Positions 1-8,776 of a stretch of DNA of 26,520 nt are shown here, piece after piece. Source of the DNA: an uncultured Thiotrichales bacterium (lineage in GTDB: Bacteria > Pseudomonadota > Gammaproteobacteria > UWMA-0217); NCBI GenBank assembly GCA_964618535.1, contig CAZUAW010000004.1:1-26520 (forward strand), read 5' to 3'. The notes beneath the pieces are model-generated. The model did not search any database, was not told the DNA's origin, and was given only the letters and a program-made list of their open reading frames with translations. A program made the position numbers and the translations under genes. Position 1 is the first letter of the stretch; each line of letters starts with the position of its first letter.

Positions 1-12
1 GGTGTTACGCAC

Positions 13-38
13 AAAAAAGGGCGCTTGCGCGCCCTTTT
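13..38 (-). terminator. Rho-independent terminator closing the chemotaxis cluster (possibly bidirectional)
   Basis: Minus strand reads AAAAGGGCGC-GCAA-GCGCCCTTTTTT: GC stem, GNRA loop and U-tract, 26 nt after the stop at 65. The plus strand also has TTTT after the stem. Confidence 0.85.
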
Positions 39-64
39 AAACTAATCAACTTTCCAGCCAATAG

Positions 65-544
65 TTAGGTGGTAACAAAAGAGATGTTACCACTACCGTA
101 ACGGGGGAAATCAATTCCAAAGCCATTGCTCTCAGGCGCTGTGTCGATCATTGCACGAGCATCTTCTGGCAGCTGTGATTCATCAGTGTACATTTTCTCA
201 AGCTTTAGATGCGGTGTGTTATCACCCATAAACATTCTAGAGCAGATGTTAATCAGCTCATGAACATTCTCTTCCATCGCAGGAGTTAAATCACCTGATT
301 CAGCGGCATCTTCAGCCCCACCAGGGGGAAGCATCATTAACGCAGAACCTGCAAATGCAGCAAATGGTGCATCACACATTGTTGCTGCAACAGGTTTTCC
401 TTCAGGGTCTACAAACAATCCATAAACTTTATTCTCAGACAATGGCTTGGCACTCGATTCTGTGACATCTAAATTATTACCATAAAGCATACCAAAAGAA
501 TTTAATAAATCTTTCGACTTTGGCAAAATATAATTAGTGGACAT
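65..544 (-). CDS. CheC/CheX-like protein (putative CheY-P phosphatase), uncharacterised family
   Basis: 159 aa with SD AAGGAG before the ATG. Contains EENVHELINICSRMF, carrying the E-x2-N motif of CheC/CheX/FliY phosphatases. Lies directly downstream of a single-domain response regulator. Confidence 0.55.
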   Translation of the reverse strand: MSTNYILPKSKDLLNSFGMLYGNNLDVTESSAKPLSENKVYGLFVDPEGKPVAATMCDAPFAAFAGSALMMLPPGGAEDAAESGDLTPAMEENVHELINICSRMFMGDNTPHLKLEKMYTDESQLPEDARAMIDTAPESNGFGIDFPRYGSGNISFVTT

Positions 545-589
545 ACTTAACTACTCCTTATAAAAGTTTCTTATTTTTTTAAAAAAGGC

Positions 590-952
590 CTAAACAATAT
601 ATTTATCAAGCTCAGCTGAAAAAGAATCCGCTGTAAAAGGCTTAGCTATCAAAAAATTTGCACCTGCATCTATAGCCCGAGACCGCATTTCACTGGTAGC
701 TTCCGTAGTAACGAAACCAAAAGGAACTTTAAGTCCTTCTACATTTAAAGCCTCTAAAAATTCAGGGCCATTCATGTTTGGCATATTCCAGTCGCATAGA
801 ATTAAATCTGGCTTATCTTCACGAACGCTTTCCAACGCCTTTAATCCATCTTCTGCTTCAGCGTAATCATGATCTTCATAACCAGCATCACGAAGGGTCT
901 TTTTTACAATCATGCGCATAGCGCGGCTATCATCGACAATAAGTATATTCAT
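590..952 (-). CDS. cheY: CheY-like single-domain response regulator
   Basis: Start reassigned to the ATG at 952 (MNILIVDDS) with SD GAGG. Receiver residues present: DD, CDWNMP (phospho-Asp), FVTTE (Thr), AKPF (Lys). 120 aa, no output domain. Confidence 0.85.
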   Translation of the reverse strand: MNILIVDDSRAMRMIVKKTLRDAGYEDHDYAEAEDGLKALESVREDKPDLILCDWNMPNMNGPEFLEALNVEGLKVPFGFVTTEATSEMRSRAIDAGANFLIAKPFTADSFSAELDKYIV

Positions 953-1046
953 TAATATTTTCCTCTTGGTATTATTATGTCCAATTTTTAAGTAGCATTT
1001 CAGTTCAGCCGCCACTCTCCAGCTGAGATTTTTATTTTAATTTATA

Positions 1047-1074
1047 AAGGGCGTCTCTAAATAGAGGTGCCCTT
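1047..1074. other. Intergenic stem-loop between cheB and cheY-like
   Basis: AAGGGCGTCTCTA-AA-TAGAGGTGCCCTT: 13-bp stem with two G-U pairs on the plus strand (A-C mismatches on the minus strand). No U-tract follows it on the minus strand. Confidence 0.45.
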
Positions 1075-1087
1075 AACGATATTGACA

Positions 1088-2194
1088 CTATTGCATTGCT
1101 ATCCTACCCAACGCGGCTTCTGCAATTTGAGACAGCGGAAGTACTTTGTCTACCGCACCTCTTTTTACAGCTTGGCCTGGCATCCCCCAAACAACGCTGG
1201 ACTCTTCATCCTGAGCAATCGTATACGCTCCAGCATCATGTAACTGCTTCATCTCGCGTGCACCGTCATCCCCCATACCCGTTAGCATAATCCCCAGCGA
1301 CTTTGAACCCACTGCTGTCAAGACCGACTCAAATAGTTTATCGACAGAAGGCTTATGACAATTAACTGGTGGGCCATCGTCCAAGTGACAAGTTAATTTA
1401 CCATCTATTTTCTTCACAGTAAGGTGCTTGTCTCCCGGTGCGATGTAAATATTCCCCGACATAACCTCTTGTCCTTGTTCTGCCTGATGAACGGTAACTT
1501 TACAAATTGCATTGAGTCGATCTGAGAATGATTTTGAAAATGCTGCAGGAATATGCTGCGTAATAACAATCGGTGGAGAAGTCTTTGGGAAAGGTGCCAA
1601 TAATTGTTTTAATGCTTCAGTACCACCGGTAGACGCACCTATCGCTATTAGATTATTCGACTCAAACAAGGAACGAGTTGATGAAAGCGAGTTTGTTACC
1701 AATTTTGGCTCAGGATTTATTACATCAGGATGGTAAGCTTTCACATTCGCTTTGCTGGCCGTTTTTACTTTAGAAATAATTTCAATGGCATAAGCATCCA
1801 TTGCTGTAATTGCATTACCTTCTGGTTTATGAATACACTCTACCGCACCAACTTCTAGAGCATCTAAAGTAACCGAAGCGCCTTTTTTTGTTAGTGTAGA
1901 AACCATCACTACTGGCATAGGCCGAAGTCGCATAAGGTTTTTTAAAAATTGAATTCCATCCATACCTGGCATTTCGACATCTAACGTTATCACATCAGGA
2001 TTATACTTCTTGATCTTTTCTCTCGCGTCAAATGCGTCAACTGCGGTCGCAACCACTTCGATACTCGGATCTTGAACGAGTATTCTCTCGATCACACTAC
2101 GCATTAGCGCACTATCGTCGACAACGATGACTTTAATGCGTCCCTCATTGTAATCTTCCCCCAAATAACCACTTATTCTTAACCCAGCTCCCAC
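1088..2194 (-). CDS. cheB: Chemotaxis response-regulator methylesterase CheB
   Basis: N-terminal receiver (IKVIVVDDS...TLDVEMPGMDG). Esterase triad motifs IGASTGG, TQHIP, LTGMGDDGA. Exact start uncertain (see findings). Confidence 0.96.
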   Translation of the reverse strand: MGAGLRISGYLGEDYNEGRIKVIVVDDSALMRSVIERILVQDPSIEVVATAVDAFDAREKIKKYNPDVITLDVEMPGMDGIQFLKNLMRLRPMPVVMVSTLTKKGASVTLDALEVGAVECIHKPEGNAITAMDAYAIEIISKVKTASKANVKAYHPDVINPEPKLVTNSLSSTRSLFESNNLIAIGASTGGTEALKQLLAPFPKTSPPIVITQHIPAAFSKSFSDRLNAICKVTVHQAEQGQEVMSGNIYIAPGDKHLTVKKIDGKLTCHLDDGPPVNCHKPSVDKLFESVLTAVGSKSLGIMLTGMGDDGAREMKQLHDAGAYTIAQDEESSVVWGMPGQAVKRGAVDKVLPLSQIAEAALGRIAMQ

Positions 2195-2246
2195 GCTACA
2201 CCTGCTTTTTAAAATTTAACCAAACAACACTTACCATTCATGCTTA

Positions 2247-3077
2247 CTAAGATTTTTTATAGATTGTTTTACTCAGTAATCTAAATTTATCGGTAATATT
2301 ATTAAGTGTTTCGGAATGACCAATAAAAAGAGTTCCATCATCATTTAACTGCTTCGAAAAACGCTCGAATAATTTTGTTTGCGTAGGTGAGTCAAAATAA
2401 ATAACCACGTTGCGACAAAAAATCACATCAAATGCGCCTTGCATAGGCCATACTTCCATCAAATTTAATGGATTAAAAGTAATCAAAGATCTTATCTCTG
2501 GAGAAACTCTAACTTTCCCCTGATTATCACCTGCGCCTTTTTGAAACCAACGGTGCAACCGTAATTTTGACACTCCGGAAAGTCTATCTAGGTCATACAC
2601 ACCCAGTTGTGCATGTGTCACCATGGTCGTATCTAGGTCAGAAGCCAGAATTTTAAAATCCCAAGATTGAATATTGGGTATGACTTCTTGAGCGACCATT
2701 GCTATTGAATACGCTTCTTCACCAGAAGAGCATCCTGCAGACCAGATTCGTATTTTTCTATCTTTCCGACGCTGCTTGATGAGCTCTGGAAAAAGAGTGG
2801 TTCTCAAATACTCAAAATGATGTTCTTCTCTAAAAAAAGATGTCAAATTCGTCGTTATCAAATTTGAAAACTTTTCCAGCTCGGCAGCAGACCCTTTCTC
2901 AAGTTCTTCCCTATAGTCTGAAAAACTGTTTAACCCAAGGTCTCGAACTCGCCTCGATAGGCGACCATATACAAGATCTCGTTTATTTTCCCCGATATGG
3001 ATACCTGTGTGAGTATTAATAATTTCTCGAAACTTACTAAACTCATTATCTGAAAACTCAAATGTAGCTGCTTCCAT
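2247..3077 (-). CDS. cheR: Chemotaxis protein methyltransferase CheR
   Basis: ITTNLTSFFREEHHF, IWSAGCSSGEEAYS, FDVIFCRNVVIYF, LFIGHSE motifs; SD GAGGA. Confidence 0.97.
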   Translation of the reverse strand: MEAATFEFSDNEFSKFREIINTHTGIHIGENKRDLVYGRLSRRVRDLGLNSFSDYREELEKGSAAELEKFSNLITTNLTSFFREEHHFEYLRTTLFPELIKQRRKDRKIRIWSAGCSSGEEAYSIAMVAQEVIPNIQSWDFKILASDLDTTMVTHAQLGVYDLDRLSGVSKLRLHRWFQKGAGDNQGKVRVSPEIRSLITFNPLNLMEVWPMQGAFDVIFCRNVVIYFDSPTQTKLFERFSKQLNDDGTLFIGHSETLNNITDKFRLLSKTIYKKS

Positions 3078-3138
3078 TATACAAAACTTCCTCAGACCTA
3101 TTTTAGTCGTACTTTAGTTAGTCTCTCGGTAACTTACG

Positions 3139-3405
3139 TTATACCGCCAAACTATCAGTGCCTGTCATCGCCAAAAATCGATTCAGATTTTCAGAAACGC
3201 CGCTACTCTTTACCGAGCCACCTTCCGACTGAACAGACTTGGACCAGGCCATAAGCAACTGAATACTTCTCATATCTGGACTTTCTACTGAAGAAAAATC
3301 TAACTCTACGTTCACTCCATTTAGCGCGCCATCCAATAGATCGTCTTTAAGCGTGCTTAAAGTAGATGCAGTACATTTACTTTCTAGTTTTATTATATTT
3401 TTCAT
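3139..3405 (-). CDS. STAS-domain protein (chemotaxis-cluster type)
   Basis: Probable start ATG at 3405 (MKNIIKLES), 88 aa. VELDFSSVESPDMRSIQLL matches the STAS pattern lD-x-x-x-V-x-x-x-D-x-x-x-lQLL. Confidence 0.75.
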   Translation of the reverse strand: MKNIIKLESKCTASTLSTLKDDLLDGALNGVNVELDFSSVESPDMRSIQLLMAWSKSVQSEGGSVKSSGVSENLNRFLAMTGTDSLAV

Positions 3406-3524
3406 ATTTTTATTATTATTGATTAAATATCTTGAGTTAATGTACATTCCAGTAAAAATCACTGTCGATTCTCATCGCTTATGCCACGAAAACCGACAGC
3501 TTCATTAAAACTACTTGGGTTATT

Positions 3525-5801
3525 TTAAAAACTATTCCAATTAGCACTATCATTGACTGCAACAGGTTGACTGAAGTCATCACTCAATCCATTTCCTGAA
3601 CCATTCTTCACTTCATCTTCAACATCTCCAAGTAATGCTACAACCTTACCGGACGCCCTTTCGATGTTTGAATAGCGGTTGGTCGCTTCAGCATCATTCC
3701 CACCTTCTTTTAAGCCAATGATGTTTTTAATTTCGGCATGCATCTCGGCGTGTTCTTTTTCCAGCTCCTGCATTGCAGCAGAAGAGCCATACTTAGTCAT
3801 GCCATCAGAATAGATCCACTTACCTAAATCACAATCCCTGTGCGACACAGCTTGATCCATTGTCAATGACTCTTTGCCCTGCAAAAACCCTCGTATGCGG
3901 TTTTTCCATGAAAGATGCTTCGACTTAGCAGCGGCAAAATCAACCCCCCCAGAAGATTGGGGTGAAGCGGTTTCAGACCACGGTCGAGCTGCTGAACGTC
4001 TGTCAACAGAACTAGAAGAATGATTTCCTACTGATACTGAAAAGAAACTCATTTTCTCTGACAATGATTCAGACTCACTGTCCAGAGAAGCACTTAAGCC
4101 CGCTACTTTTTCGACCATTCTTGTATTTTGCTGGGTCATTTGATCCATTTTTAGCATCGCTTGATTGACCTGCTCTATGCCAATGGATTGCTCCTGGTTC
4201 GCTGCATCGATTTCAGAAATAATATGGCTCACTTTCTGAGATGCTTCGACGATTTCAGCTAGGGATTTGCCGGTGTTGTCTACTAGAGCCGTTCCCGCAT
4301 TCACTTTTGAAACACTGTCTTCAATCAGTTCTTTGATTTCTTTGGCAGCTTCTGCGCTACGTTGCGCCAGGTTTCTTACCTCTGATGCAACCACTGCAAA
4401 ACCTTTACCCTGATCTCCAGCATGCGCTGCTTCCACCGCTGCATTTAGCGCCAATAAATTGGTTTGAAATGCAATTTCATCAATCACACTGATAATGTCA
4501 GAAATTTTCGCGCTGGAGGTATTGATCTCGGCCATTGCACTGACAGCCGCCGAAACCACGTCGCCACCTTGTTCTGCCTTTAATCGAGCGTTGTTAGACA
4601 GTTCATTCGCCTGACGAGCATTTTCCGCATTGTGTCTAACCGTACCAGTAATTTCCTCTACGGCAGCGGCTGTTCTTTCAAGACTGGAAGCCTGCTCGGT
4701 GGTTCTTCTTTGTAGATCAATATTGCCAGTGGAGATATCTCTGGCACCTTCATGAACAGAACGAGAACTTTCTGAGACACTACCTAGCACTTCGTTTAAT
4801 TTATCAACACCATTGTTCAAGCCATCCTTAAGCGTTGCATAGATGCCACCATAGTCATACTCAATTTTCTGATTTAAATCGCCTCTGGAAATACTGCTGG
4901 CCACTTTTGAAGCTTCCGAGACGACATGTTCATTGACCGACAAGACATCGTTGATAACCTGCCCCAAAGACATCAAGTATCCCGTTTTCCCATCTAAAGA
5001 AATACGCTTTGAAAGATCTCCTTCAAGTGCCCGATCAGCGATTTTAGCAATTTCACTTTCAATTGCATTCTCATCAGTATGATCCTTCCATTCTACAAAG
5101 AACCCTATTTTTTCTCCCTTTGCATCAGTTAAAGGATGCGCTGTAAAACCGACATCTACATCACTGACAGAAAATTTGGCAGTATGAGAAGTAGTAAGAT
5201 TCGCTAACATACCTCGTTGTTTTTGTGGGTTTTTATGAAAAATGTCAATATTCGAGCCAACGAGGGTAGCAATATTAAAATTTGGAATTCCTTTCTGCAA
5301 TTCATTTTGAATATTACCGAACAACTGTAGTAAGGATGGATTAACATAGCTGATATTAAAATCTTTATCTGCCATCATAATTGCAGACTCAGCGTGATCA
5401 AGGGCCGTCTTGAATACCTCTGAGCTTCCTGCGACTAGAGATGCGTCAACAGCGTGACTAGATAGGTTTTTCATCGCTAACGACATGCCACCGTACAAAC
5501 TCCCTAACTCCTTAATATCAAAATCTTCAGATTCAATCTCAGCAGCAGACTTATTAAGCAACTCTCTAATCTCATAGGTTTCTGCGCCGATCCATTTTTT
5601 CACCTTGCTGAGTACCACATAGCTCATTGCGGCAACGCTTGCCCCGCTAACGATACCTGCCGACAACAACACCCACATAGCAGAAGAGCTTGCTGTAAAC
5701 AATATGGCACCAACCGAGAACACTCCTACAATTAATATAAACTGTGTGAGTGATAAGAACAGTGGTGAGATTTTGATATTTTTAATTTGATAGTTTGACA
5801 T
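3525..5801 (-). CDS. Aer2-like methyl-accepting chemotaxis protein: 2 TM - PAS(heme) - HAMPs - MA - CZB - pentapeptide
   Basis: Two N-terminal hydrophobic segments. PAS with [11 protein letters not shown] and VEWKDHT (Aer2-like His and Trp). Signalling tip [33 protein letters not shown] motifs [20 protein letters not shown]. Ends NWNSF. Confidence 0.93.
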   Translation of the reverse strand: MSNYQIKNIKISPLFLSLTQFILIVGVFSVGAILFTASSSAMWVLLSAGIVSGASVAAMSYVVLSKVKKWIGAETYEIRELLNKSAAEIESEDFDIKELGSLYGGMSLAMKNLSSHAVDASLVAGSSEVFKTALDHAESAIMMADKDFNISYVNPSLLQLFGNIQNELQKGIPNFNIATLVGSNIDIFHKNPQKQRGMLANLTTSHTAKFSVSDVDVGFTAHPLTDAKGEKIGFFVEWKDHTDENAIESEIAKIADRALEGDLSKRISLDGKTGYLMSLGQVINDVLSVNEHVVSEASKVASSISRGDLNQKIEYDYGGIYATLKDGLNNGVDKLNEVLGSVSESSRSVHEGARDISTGNIDLQRRTTEQASSLERTAAAVEEITGTVRHNAENARQANELSNNARLKAEQGGDVVSAAVSAMAEINTSSAKISDIISVIDEIAFQTNLLALNAAVEAAHAGDQGKGFAVVASEVRNLAQRSAEAAKEIKELIEDSVSKVNAGTALVDNTGKSLAEIVEASQKVSHIISEIDAANQEQSIGIEQVNQAMLKMDQMTQQNTRMVEKVAGLSASLDSESESLSEKMSFFSVSVGNHSSSSVDRRSAARPWSETASPQSSGGVDFAAAKSKHLSWKNRIRGFLQGKESLTMDQAVSHRDCDLGKWIYSDGMTKYGSSAAMQELEKEHAEMHAEIKNIIGLKEGGNDAEATNRYSNIERASGKVVALLGDVEDEVKNGSGNGLSDDFSQPVAVNDSANWNSF

Positions 5802-5860
5802 TACTGACTCCGTAAGACTGGATATTCCCCATGAAAATATTAATTGTTACTGTTAGTTCT

Positions 5861-6391
5861 CTAGTGAACTTTGACTGGCTGATCATCTAAAGCTTGCTCT
5901 GCTAATAACGTAGAAATATCAAGCAATATCACCATTTTTTCATCCAGCGTTGTGAGCCCTTTAATATATTCTGCATCAACACTGGCATGTACATTAGGTG
6001 GCGGCTCTATTGCTTCAAATGCAACGTTATAGACCTCTGCGACCGCATCAACAACGACACCAACGACCCGCTCTTCACCATCGGCAACCACTTTGATCAT
6101 GATAACAACGGTAGTCTCAGTAAAGGCTTTATGCGGCAAACTAAAGCAAGTTCGTAATTCGATTACCGGTACAATGGTACCGCGTAAATTAATCACGCCT
6201 AAAATATGTTCTGGTGTATTTGGGATAATCGTCGTACCGTCCCAGCCCTTAATCTCCTGCACATCGAGTATGTTAATTCCATACTCTTCCTCACCAAGGA
6301 AAAATGTTAGATACTGACTAGCATCTTCCCCTACACTCATTGCCATATCGTGAGTTTGATCTACGATTGAAGCATCCAGATTAAAATCCAT
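5861..6391 (-). CDS. cheW: Chemotaxis adaptor CheW
   Basis: QYLTFFLGEEEYGINILDVQEI and ILGVINLRGTIVPVIELR. ATG at 6391 preferred over GTG at 6397 because of spacing from SD GGGGAG. Confidence 0.96.
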   Translation of the reverse strand: MDFNLDASIVDQTHDMAMSVGEDASQYLTFFLGEEEYGINILDVQEIKGWDGTTIIPNTPEHILGVINLRGTIVPVIELRTCFSLPHKAFTETTVVIMIKVVADGEERVVGVVVDAVAEVYNVAFEAIEPPPNVHASVDAEYIKGLTTLDEKMVILLDISTLLAEQALDDQPVKVH

Positions 6392-6401
6392 TTCCACTCC
6401 C

Positions 6402-8531
6402 CTATGCAGCTTCCCGTTGCGTATTATTCACTTTCCCGGCTTCACCCAAGCGATTACGTATGAGCCCGGCAGCATCAATAATCAGCGCTACTTCCCCATC
6501 ACCTAGAATGGTGGCCCCCGAAAATCCATCAATTTTTCTAAAATTCCGCTCTATACTCTTAATCACGACTTGTTGCTGGCTGAGTAATTCATCGACAAAG
6601 AATCCCACACGTCTTCTTTCAGCCTCAACAACGACCAATAGCCCCTCATCAAAAACACAGCCGCTATCATCCAGACCAAATACTTCCTTGAGCCTGAAGA
6701 TCGGGATGTACTCGTCTCTTAATCTATATAGATCGGGTTGTCCCTTGTAATGCTTAACCATCTTTGGGTCGATCTGTAGTGATTCGTCGATAGATAGCAT
6801 CGGAATCACATACTGGCTATCTCCAACCTTGACTAATTGGCCATCAATAATCGCAAGTGTCAACGGTAAGGTAATTCTTAAAGTGCTTCCTTTTCCTTCC
6901 TCAGACATAACAAATACGTCACCCCCAAGGTCGGATATATTACGTCTCACCACATCCATTCCAACGCCACGACCTGACACATCACTAACAATTTCAGCCG
7001 TTGAGAAACCAGCTTGAAAAATTAAATTATTAATCTCATCATCATCGAGTTGTTGATCAGGAGAAACAACCCCACTTTCAATCGCTTTAGCAAGAATTCG
7101 TTGTTTATTTAACCCTGCTCCATCGTCAATTACATCAATGACGATATTTCCTCCTTCATGACACGCATTTAATTTCAGCAGACCTGTTTCAGATTTACCT
7201 GCTGCTAATCGAATTTCTGGTGTTTCCAATCCGTGGTCGAGTGAGTTTCTTACCAAATGAACCAATGGGTCACCAATTTTTTCGAGCACTGTTTTATCCA
7301 GCTCCGTACCTTCCCCAGTAATTACCAGTTCTACTTTCTTATTCAATTTATTACTTAAATCTCTTACCAGCCTGGGAAATCGATTAAACGAACTACTGAT
7401 CGGTAACATTCTAATCTGCATGGCTGTTTGTTGAAGCTCTCTAGAATTTCTTTCCAATTCATTAAGACCATCGCGTAGAACATCAATTTGTGCCATATCA
7501 AAATCTTCGCCAAACTGGCCCAACATCGACTGAGTAATCACCAATTCTCCAACCAGGTTAATTAGCGCATCTATCTTACTGATTGATACTCGTATCGAAC
7601 CTTCGGGTTTTCCAGCCGTCTTCTTGGCAACTGACTTTACAGATTTTTCCACAGCGTCAGTTTCAACTTTTGCTGGTGACGAAACACCCTTTGGAGTGAG
7701 TTCTTCAGGCTGTACAATTACCTGCGATACTGCTTCATCTTGAGGCTGATTTTTATTTTGTTCTGTTGGCTCTATCCTGCTACTTGAAGTTTCGACTACA
7801 CTCCCTTGCGTGTCGTTAAGTGCGGTGATTTCTATATCAGAATCACTATCTACCCAGGAAAAAATATCCTTAATTCTCTGTAACTTAATATTTCCCAGTA
7901 ATATTGCATTCCAACTTAAATGTAACTGTTCAGGATTCAAGTCTTTTAACGCGGGCACATTATCTGTTCCACAAGTCACCTTAAGATCACCCAGATCAGA
8001 CAGTGCTTCAAATACAGCCAATGGGTCCAATCCTTTTTGGATCGCATCAATACCAGGGGAAAATTTAATTCTCCAACCTTCGTCAGTTGCGTCTGAATCA
8101 ACGTCATGAGATTGATTCTCCACAACACTAGAAGACTCGTCACCCTTATCTTCAAGCATCTGCTCCAAACGCTTTTTTAAATTTGAAACTCGGGCAGAAT
8201 CTATTGCTTCTTCGTCCTTTGTGGCGTTAATCATTTCAGTTAAACAATCAACCGATTCAAGTAACAAATCTACCGCAGACGTAGTGACATCTCTATCACC
8301 GGAACGCATTTGATCTAACAGCGTTTCCATCACATGTGTAAAACTAGCAATTTCGTTAAAATCAAATGTGGCAGAACCTCCTTTAATAGAATGTGCTGCG
8401 CGGAAGATGGTATTAATTTCCTCCATATCCGCTGAACCTGGTGCTAGCGCAAGCAAACCAGACTCCATAATTTCAAGCCCTTCAAAACACTCTTCAAAGA
8501 ACACTTCGTAAAATTCTGATAAATCGGACAT
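6402..8531 (-). CDS. cheA: Chemotaxis histidine kinase CheA
   Basis: HPt IFRAAHSIKGG; dimerisation LINLVGELVITQSML; HATPase HLVRNSLDHG, DDGAGLN, SGRGVGMDVV; C-terminal CheW domain. ATG at 8531 has SD AAGGAG. Confidence 0.97.
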   Translation of the reverse strand: MSDLSEFYEVFFEECFEGLEIMESGLLALAPGSADMEEINTIFRAAHSIKGGSATFDFNEIASFTHVMETLLDQMRSGDRDVTTSAVDLLLESVDCLTEMINATKDEEAIDSARVSNLKKRLEQMLEDKGDESSSVVENQSHDVDSDATDEGWRIKFSPGIDAIQKGLDPLAVFEALSDLGDLKVTCGTDNVPALKDLNPEQLHLSWNAILLGNIKLQRIKDIFSWVDSDSDIEITALNDTQGSVVETSSSRIEPTEQNKNQPQDEAVSQVIVQPEELTPKGVSSPAKVETDAVEKSVKSVAKKTAGKPEGSIRVSISKIDALINLVGELVITQSMLGQFGEDFDMAQIDVLRDGLNELERNSRELQQTAMQIRMLPISSSFNRFPRLVRDLSNKLNKKVELVITGEGTELDKTVLEKIGDPLVHLVRNSLDHGLETPEIRLAAGKSETGLLKLNACHEGGNIVIDVIDDGAGLNKQRILAKAIESGVVSPDQQLDDDEINNLIFQAGFSTAEIVSDVSGRGVGMDVVRRNISDLGGDVFVMSEEGKGSTLRITLPLTLAIIDGQLVKVGDSQYVIPMLSIDESLQIDPKMVKHYKGQPDLYRLRDEYIPIFRLKEVFGLDDSGCVFDEGLLVVVEAERRRVGFFVDELLSQQQVVIKSIERNFRKIDGFSGATILGDGEVALIIDAAGLIRNRLGEAGKVNNTQREAA

Positions 8532-8776
8532 AATTAACTCCTTGTCACTTAAGGTCAATCCCTTTTCTACTCTCAAATTCCGAGCAGAATTTACATTTGT
8601 TAAAATTAATCATAGTGAGAAGATAGTCTAATCTATTTTCTAGAAAAGCTGCCTTCTCACCACGTAGATTGTTAATCTTCTTTAGAGAACCGTCCATGTT
8701 GCGCTGGCTCTGTTTTCTCTACTGTCATTTTTTATTCAACTTCGTTTATAAAGCCCTTTCAATATTTCCCAGCACA

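Noticed and set aside
953-1015. N-terminal extensions of cheY-like (and similarly STAS 3406-3462, cheA 8532-8576, rmuC 24881-24955)
   Set aside because: Downstream ATGs match family N-termini and, for cheY and cheA, have clear SD sequences. The rmuC extension would overlap the upstream gene.
3462-3499. CTGTCG...CGACAG inverted repeat after the Aer2-like MCP as a terminator
   Set aside because: Only 6 bp with a 26-nt loop; too weak to call.
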